A DNA stretch of 38,023 bases. Source: Octopus bimaculoides (taxonomy: Eukaryota). The stretch is from assembly GCF_001194135.2 (NCBI RefSeq), contig NC_068993.1, positions 64,981,763 through 65,019,785 on the forward strand, read 5' to 3'. The translations under genes and the position numbers were made by a program. The notes under the pieces were generated by a model. It worked only from the letters and a program-made list of their open reading frames with translations, was not told the DNA's origin and did no database searches. This document shows, piece after piece, positions 33,659 to 38,023 of the stretch (position 1 is the first letter of the stretch; the number at the start of each line of letters is the position of its first letter).

Positions 33659-34694
33659 GAGCTTCCTTCAGTTTCCATCTACCAAATGCACTCATGAGGC
33701 TTTGGTCAGTCCAAAGCTACAATAAAAGATACTTTCTGTAGGTGCCAAGCAGTGGACTGAACCCCGTACCATGTAGTTAGGAAGTGAACTTCTTAACTAC
33801 ATCACTATGCCTACATCTATATATTTATGTATATTTATAATTTATCCATCATTTGTAGAGCTTCATGTCATACACTATTGAATTATAAAAACATTACTTC
33901 AAAATGATATGGAAGATGTCTTTCAAATGAAATACCTTCTCTGATTCTTTGAAGTATCATGTATGATCACGTTTGCCAGTTAACCAACTATTTCTGAATT
34001 GAAAACAGTGATGGTTCTAGTATGATCATGTGAACCGACTGGATGATTCAAGGTTTTTATATAATTCACATCATGATTTATAATCATTATTTAATGCTTG
34101 TTTTCCATGCTGGCATGGATCGGATGGTTGACAAGATCTAACAAGACATAAGTCTGCACTGAGCCTCAGTGTCAACTTTGGCAACTTTTTTTATGGCTGG
34201 ATATCCTTCCTAATGCAAACTACTTTACAGTGTTTGCTGGGTGCCTTTTTGTTTTGTGTGTGTGTGTGTGTGTGTTCCCAAATAACTTTCAAGAAAGGAG
34301 TAGAGAATGGGAGGGGGAGGAAGAAAAAGTGTCTTCTACTATAAGGTGGGGTGCAATATTCGAGAGGGGCAATGTCAATGGTTTTATGCCTAGTGCTGAG
34401 AGGCTGGAATATGTTGAAATGACTGGCCCAGATGGCTTTTAGTAGAGATTCAAAGGTAAGCAGTTGGAAAGAAGACAGAAATGGTGGTGAATATTGGGGC
34501 AGTTGGGGGGGGGGGAAGAGTGGGAGTAGAAGTGCATGTAACAAGTGATGATGAGAGATATACAAAAGTTGCTTAGGGGACTATGGTAAGTGGGGGTATG
34601 ATGGTAGATGTGAAAAGCAAACTGAGAGCAATAATAGGTAAAGGAGGGGAGCAAAAGTGGTTGGTAGAAATAGTATGAGCAGGGGTGGAGTGAA

Positions 34695-34760
34695 GGTATG
34701 TGGCTTAGTGGTGAGGGTATTCGCTCATGATCATAAGGTCCTGAGTTTGATACCAGCAGA
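34695..34760 (+). mobile_element. tRNA-derived SINE head
   Basis: A box TGGCTTAGTGG and degenerate B box GAGTTTGATAC at tRNA-like spacing. No intact acceptor stem. Confidence 0.55.
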
Positions 34761-35510
34761 CATATGTTAGGCTCTTTATTTGATTTTTTTTATTAAAAAA
34801 TAAAAAATATTGCTTTATATTTATGATTCCCTTCTTTACAAATATTTCTCCATGGCAACTTCCAGTATTGGCATAAAAACAGCAAAGTCTCTCACTCTCT
34901 CTTTTAATGCTCGCTCTGTGTAAACAACTACGACAAATTACCAAAAGATATATTTACTAAGTTCGCAAATTTAAATATTCAGTACAAGATAGTTTTTAAT
35001 ATGCATTTATTTATACAACTTTTTCATTCCATGTTTATCTCATTCATTGTTTGCAATGCTCTCTCTCTCTCTCTTCTCCCCTCTCTCTTTCTCACTCTCT
35101 CCCTTCTCCCCCCCCCTCTCTCTCACACACACACACACACACACCATCCAGGTTTGATTTCATTCTGAACTTGCACACTTTGTTAATTTCCAAAAAATTA
35201 TTTATTTTCTTTTTGCACACTTTGTTCATCTCTATGTATTTGTAGTTAGTCACACATGCACCTGTGTTTGTGTATGTGCATTTATATACAATTATAAATG
35301 TGTTTGTTTGTGTGTGTGAAGGCGTGTGCTGTCATGTTGACATACATACATAAATACATATGCATAAATCTTGTTTGTATGTGTGTGTGAATGAGAGTGA
35401 TGTCTAAGTGGCACTCACTCTCTTTCTCTCTCTTTCACACACACACACACACACACATACGTACAAGAAAGATGTATGCCTATTTATTTATGTATCTACA
35501 TCGTTCTGTC

Positions 35511-35965
35511 TTGCTGTCTGTCTGTCTGCCTAGCTGTCTGTCTGTCTGCCTAGCTGTCTGTCTGTCTGCCTAGCTGTCTGTCTGTCTGCCTAGCTGTCTG
35601 TCTGTCTGCCTAGCTGTCTGTCTGTCTGCCTNNNNNNNNNNNNNNNNNNNNNNNNNNNNNNNNNNNNNNNNNNNNNNNNNNNNNNNNNNNNNNNNNNNNN
35701 NNNNNNNNNNNNNNNNNNNNNNNNNNNNNNNNNNNNNNNNNAGCTGTCTGTCTCTCTGCCTAGCTGTCTGTCTCTCTGTCTAGCTGTCTGTCTCTCTGTC
35801 TAGCTGTCTGTCTCTCTGTCTAGCTGTCTGTCTCTCTGTCTAGCTGTCTGTCTCTCTGTCTAGCTGTCTGTCTCTCTGTCTAGCTGTCTGCCTCTCTGTC
35901 TAGCTATCTGCCTCTCTGTCTAGCTGTCTGTCCCTCTGTCTAGCTGTCTGTCTGTTTGTCTAGCT
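35511..35965 (+). repeat. 20-bp minisatellite (TAGCTGTCTGTCT[G/C]TCTG[C/T]C) spanning a 110-N gap
   Basis: Tandem units on both sides of the gap at 35632-35741. Confidence 0.97.
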
Positions 35966-36479
35966 CTTTGTCTAAACAAGTAATGACATTTTGAATGCGT
36001 TTACTATGCGTGTTTCAGATTGTTGTGTAGTAGTAAAAAAAGAAAAAGCTGGAATTCATCTCTTATGCAACACCTTCAGTTTAGACATTTCCAAAAATAA
36101 ATAGTTCACTTAAATCTTCCCTTTGTCTCTTTCACTCTCTATAGATATTCTACCACTTGTGTCAACCTTCCATCAAGTCGGTGATTTGAGCTGCCCTAGA
36201 GCATATGTAAATGGCACATTTAGTCACTATTTTTATTTTGAAATGCTTTACCTGAAGGAGGTGTTGTGTAAGAGATACATTTTTTTTATATTATGCAATT
36301 ATCTAAAATGAGTGTATCAAAATGCATTCCACTTATTACTTGGTTGACTTCATTCTTAGATGTTAAATGAATGACTCTGTACCAGTACAAGTTAGTCAGT
36401 CCTTACTCCATTTACACAGATACTCTAACAAGGATTATTCAAGTTGTAAAATTCTTATTCCATGCATTGCTTCTAAGTA

Positions 36480-36530
<51 letters not shown>

Positions 36531-36562
36531 AATTCATGTATATTGTTTTTCTTTTTAAATAG

Positions 36563-36608
36563 AAGATGATGAAGCATGGGCCTACTTGCTGAGTTCTTGG
36601 GAGTCCAG
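36563..36608 (+). CDS. CAPN15: SOL/CAPN15 coding exon 6 (46 nt)
   Basis: tttttaaatag|AA completes Glu (phase 1), then DDEAWAYLLSSWES-AG|GTATGA. It aligns with the D..W..LLSS.E.G segment of SOL calpains. Exons with the catalytic His and Asn lie beyond the window. Confidence 0.85.
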
Positions 36609-36909
36609 GTATGACTATATCAATGTTTGGTTCTAAAATTAGTTGTTGTTGTGTTCTCTCAAATCATTCCAGATTCAGTAGACCTATATACAAGAATGTT
36701 TTATCCCTGACCTTCCATCAGTATAAGAGTATCTAAGACTATTTAGGAGCATGAACCTCACAGAAGAGATTATAAAAGTGTGGGATTACTATTGATATAC
36801 TGTACTTAAGGAGATGTGCCCATCTCTAAGATTCCGGAAGCACAGTTTAAAGTGTGTGTGTGTGTGTGTGTGTATGTATTTATCATCATTATAATTTAAC
36901 ATCTGTTGT

Positions 36910-37589
36910 CCACACCCTAGCAGTTGGGGGAACCTGTGGAAGAGGTAGGCCCAGGAAGACCTGGAATGAGGTGGTTAGGCACGACCTTCGAACATTGGGC
37001 CTCACCAAGGCGATGACTTCTGACCGAGACCTTTGGAAATATGCTGTGCGTGAGAAGACCCGGCAAGCCAAGTGAGACCTAAATCCAAGGCCTCTGCCAG
37101 GGGTCTAGCCAGCCCACTTATGCGTACCTTTCCTTCATTGGACACTAAACTCCGCTTGCGAAGACCTGTTGAGGCAAGTGAAATCAAAATCGAACTAAAT
37201 TCGATGACTGGCACCCATGCCAACGTCGTCTCCTTCATTGGACACAAAACTCAGCTTGCAAAGACCTGTTGGGGCAAGCGAAATCGTGATGGCACCTGTG
37301 CCCAGCGTCCCCTTCCTGGCACTTGTAAAAACAGTCAAGCGAGATCGTTGCCAGTGCCACTGGACTGGCTCTTGTGCAGGTGGCACGTAAAATACACCAT
37401 TTTGAGCATGGCCGTTGCCAGAACCGCTTGACTGGCCTTTGTACCGGTGGCATGTAAAAGCACCCACTACACTCTCAGAGTGGTTGGCATTAAGAAGGGC
37501 ATCCAGCTGTAGAAACTCTGCCAAATCAGATTGGAGCCTGGTGTAGCCTCTGGTTCACCAGTCCCCAGTCAAATCGTCCAACCCATGCT
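36910..37589 (+). mobile_element. RTE LINE 3' fragment lacking its terminal tail
   Basis: HTLAVGGTCGRGRPRKTWNEVV...DRDLWKYAVREKTRQAK*, followed by the same 3' UTR as 18060-18493 and 19741-20170. Confidence 0.92.
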
Positions 37590-37716
37590 AGCATGGGTTG
37601 GATGATTTGACATGGCTGGCAAGTTGGAAGGCTGCACCAGACTCCATTTTTCTGCTTTGGCATGGGTTTTACAGCCATATGTCCTTCCTAACACCAACCA
37701 CTCAGAGAGTGTAATG
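37590..37716 (-). mobile_element. Antisense, more diverged RTE-tail copy
   Basis: Reverse complement aligns with 37465-37589. Confidence 0.85.
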
Positions 37717-38023
37717 GTATATACATATACATATATATATTACGGAAAAATTTGGATAAGTACTGTTTTCACTTTGCTAAAGATTTTCTACTATTTGAAA
37801 ATAATATGTATTCTTGTTTTTATACTATTCATTTGGTTCTTTATAGATTATTTTTAATAGATAACTTATTTAACACTAAATTATTTAGAAGTTAGTTTCA
37901 TTTCAACATAATATTAGAACTTCGATTTGAATAGTGTTGATATATTTTCGATTATTTTTGATTAATAATATTTGATTAATTATTAATCGTTATAGTTTAT
38001 AATATCGTTAAAGTTTTTTTAAA

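Noticed and set aside
34695-34760. Possible functional tRNA gene
   Set aside because: The B box is mutated and the acceptor and anticodon stems do not close, so it is treated as a SINE head.

Overview
AT-rich, repeat-dense eukaryotic genomic DNA, probably from an octopus (inferred from the SINE/RTE-LINE repeat families and microsatellite load; no database search was possible). It has two scaffold gaps (2892-2901, 35632-35741). Two intron-containing host genes point away from each other. TMEM184C is on the minus strand with coding exons 4937-5181 and 1504-1540, and continues beyond the left edge. A SOL/calpain-15-type protease is on the plus strand with six phase-consistent coding exons between 22950 and 36608, encoding six RanBP2/NZF zinc fingers and the QGxxGDCW catalytic Cys; it continues beyond the right edge. 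The spacer and introns hold a decayed ~4.1 kb Ty3/Gypsy LTR element, several Penelope-like remnants, RTE and CR1 LINE fragments, tRNA-derived SINEs, a mariner fragment, MITE-like inverted repeats and minisatellites. The most unusual observations are: (1) a TA-flanked MITE carrying a tRNA-like cassette inside a second inverted repeat; (2) a degenerate hammerhead-ribozyme relic behind a Penelope endonuclease; (3) an RTE 3' fragment lodged in an antisense copy of its own tail at a self-complementary palindrome, creating a ~250-bp intronic fold-back. I found no convincing evidence of a new multi-gene system; most ORFs in the supplied track are repeat or microsatellite artefacts.
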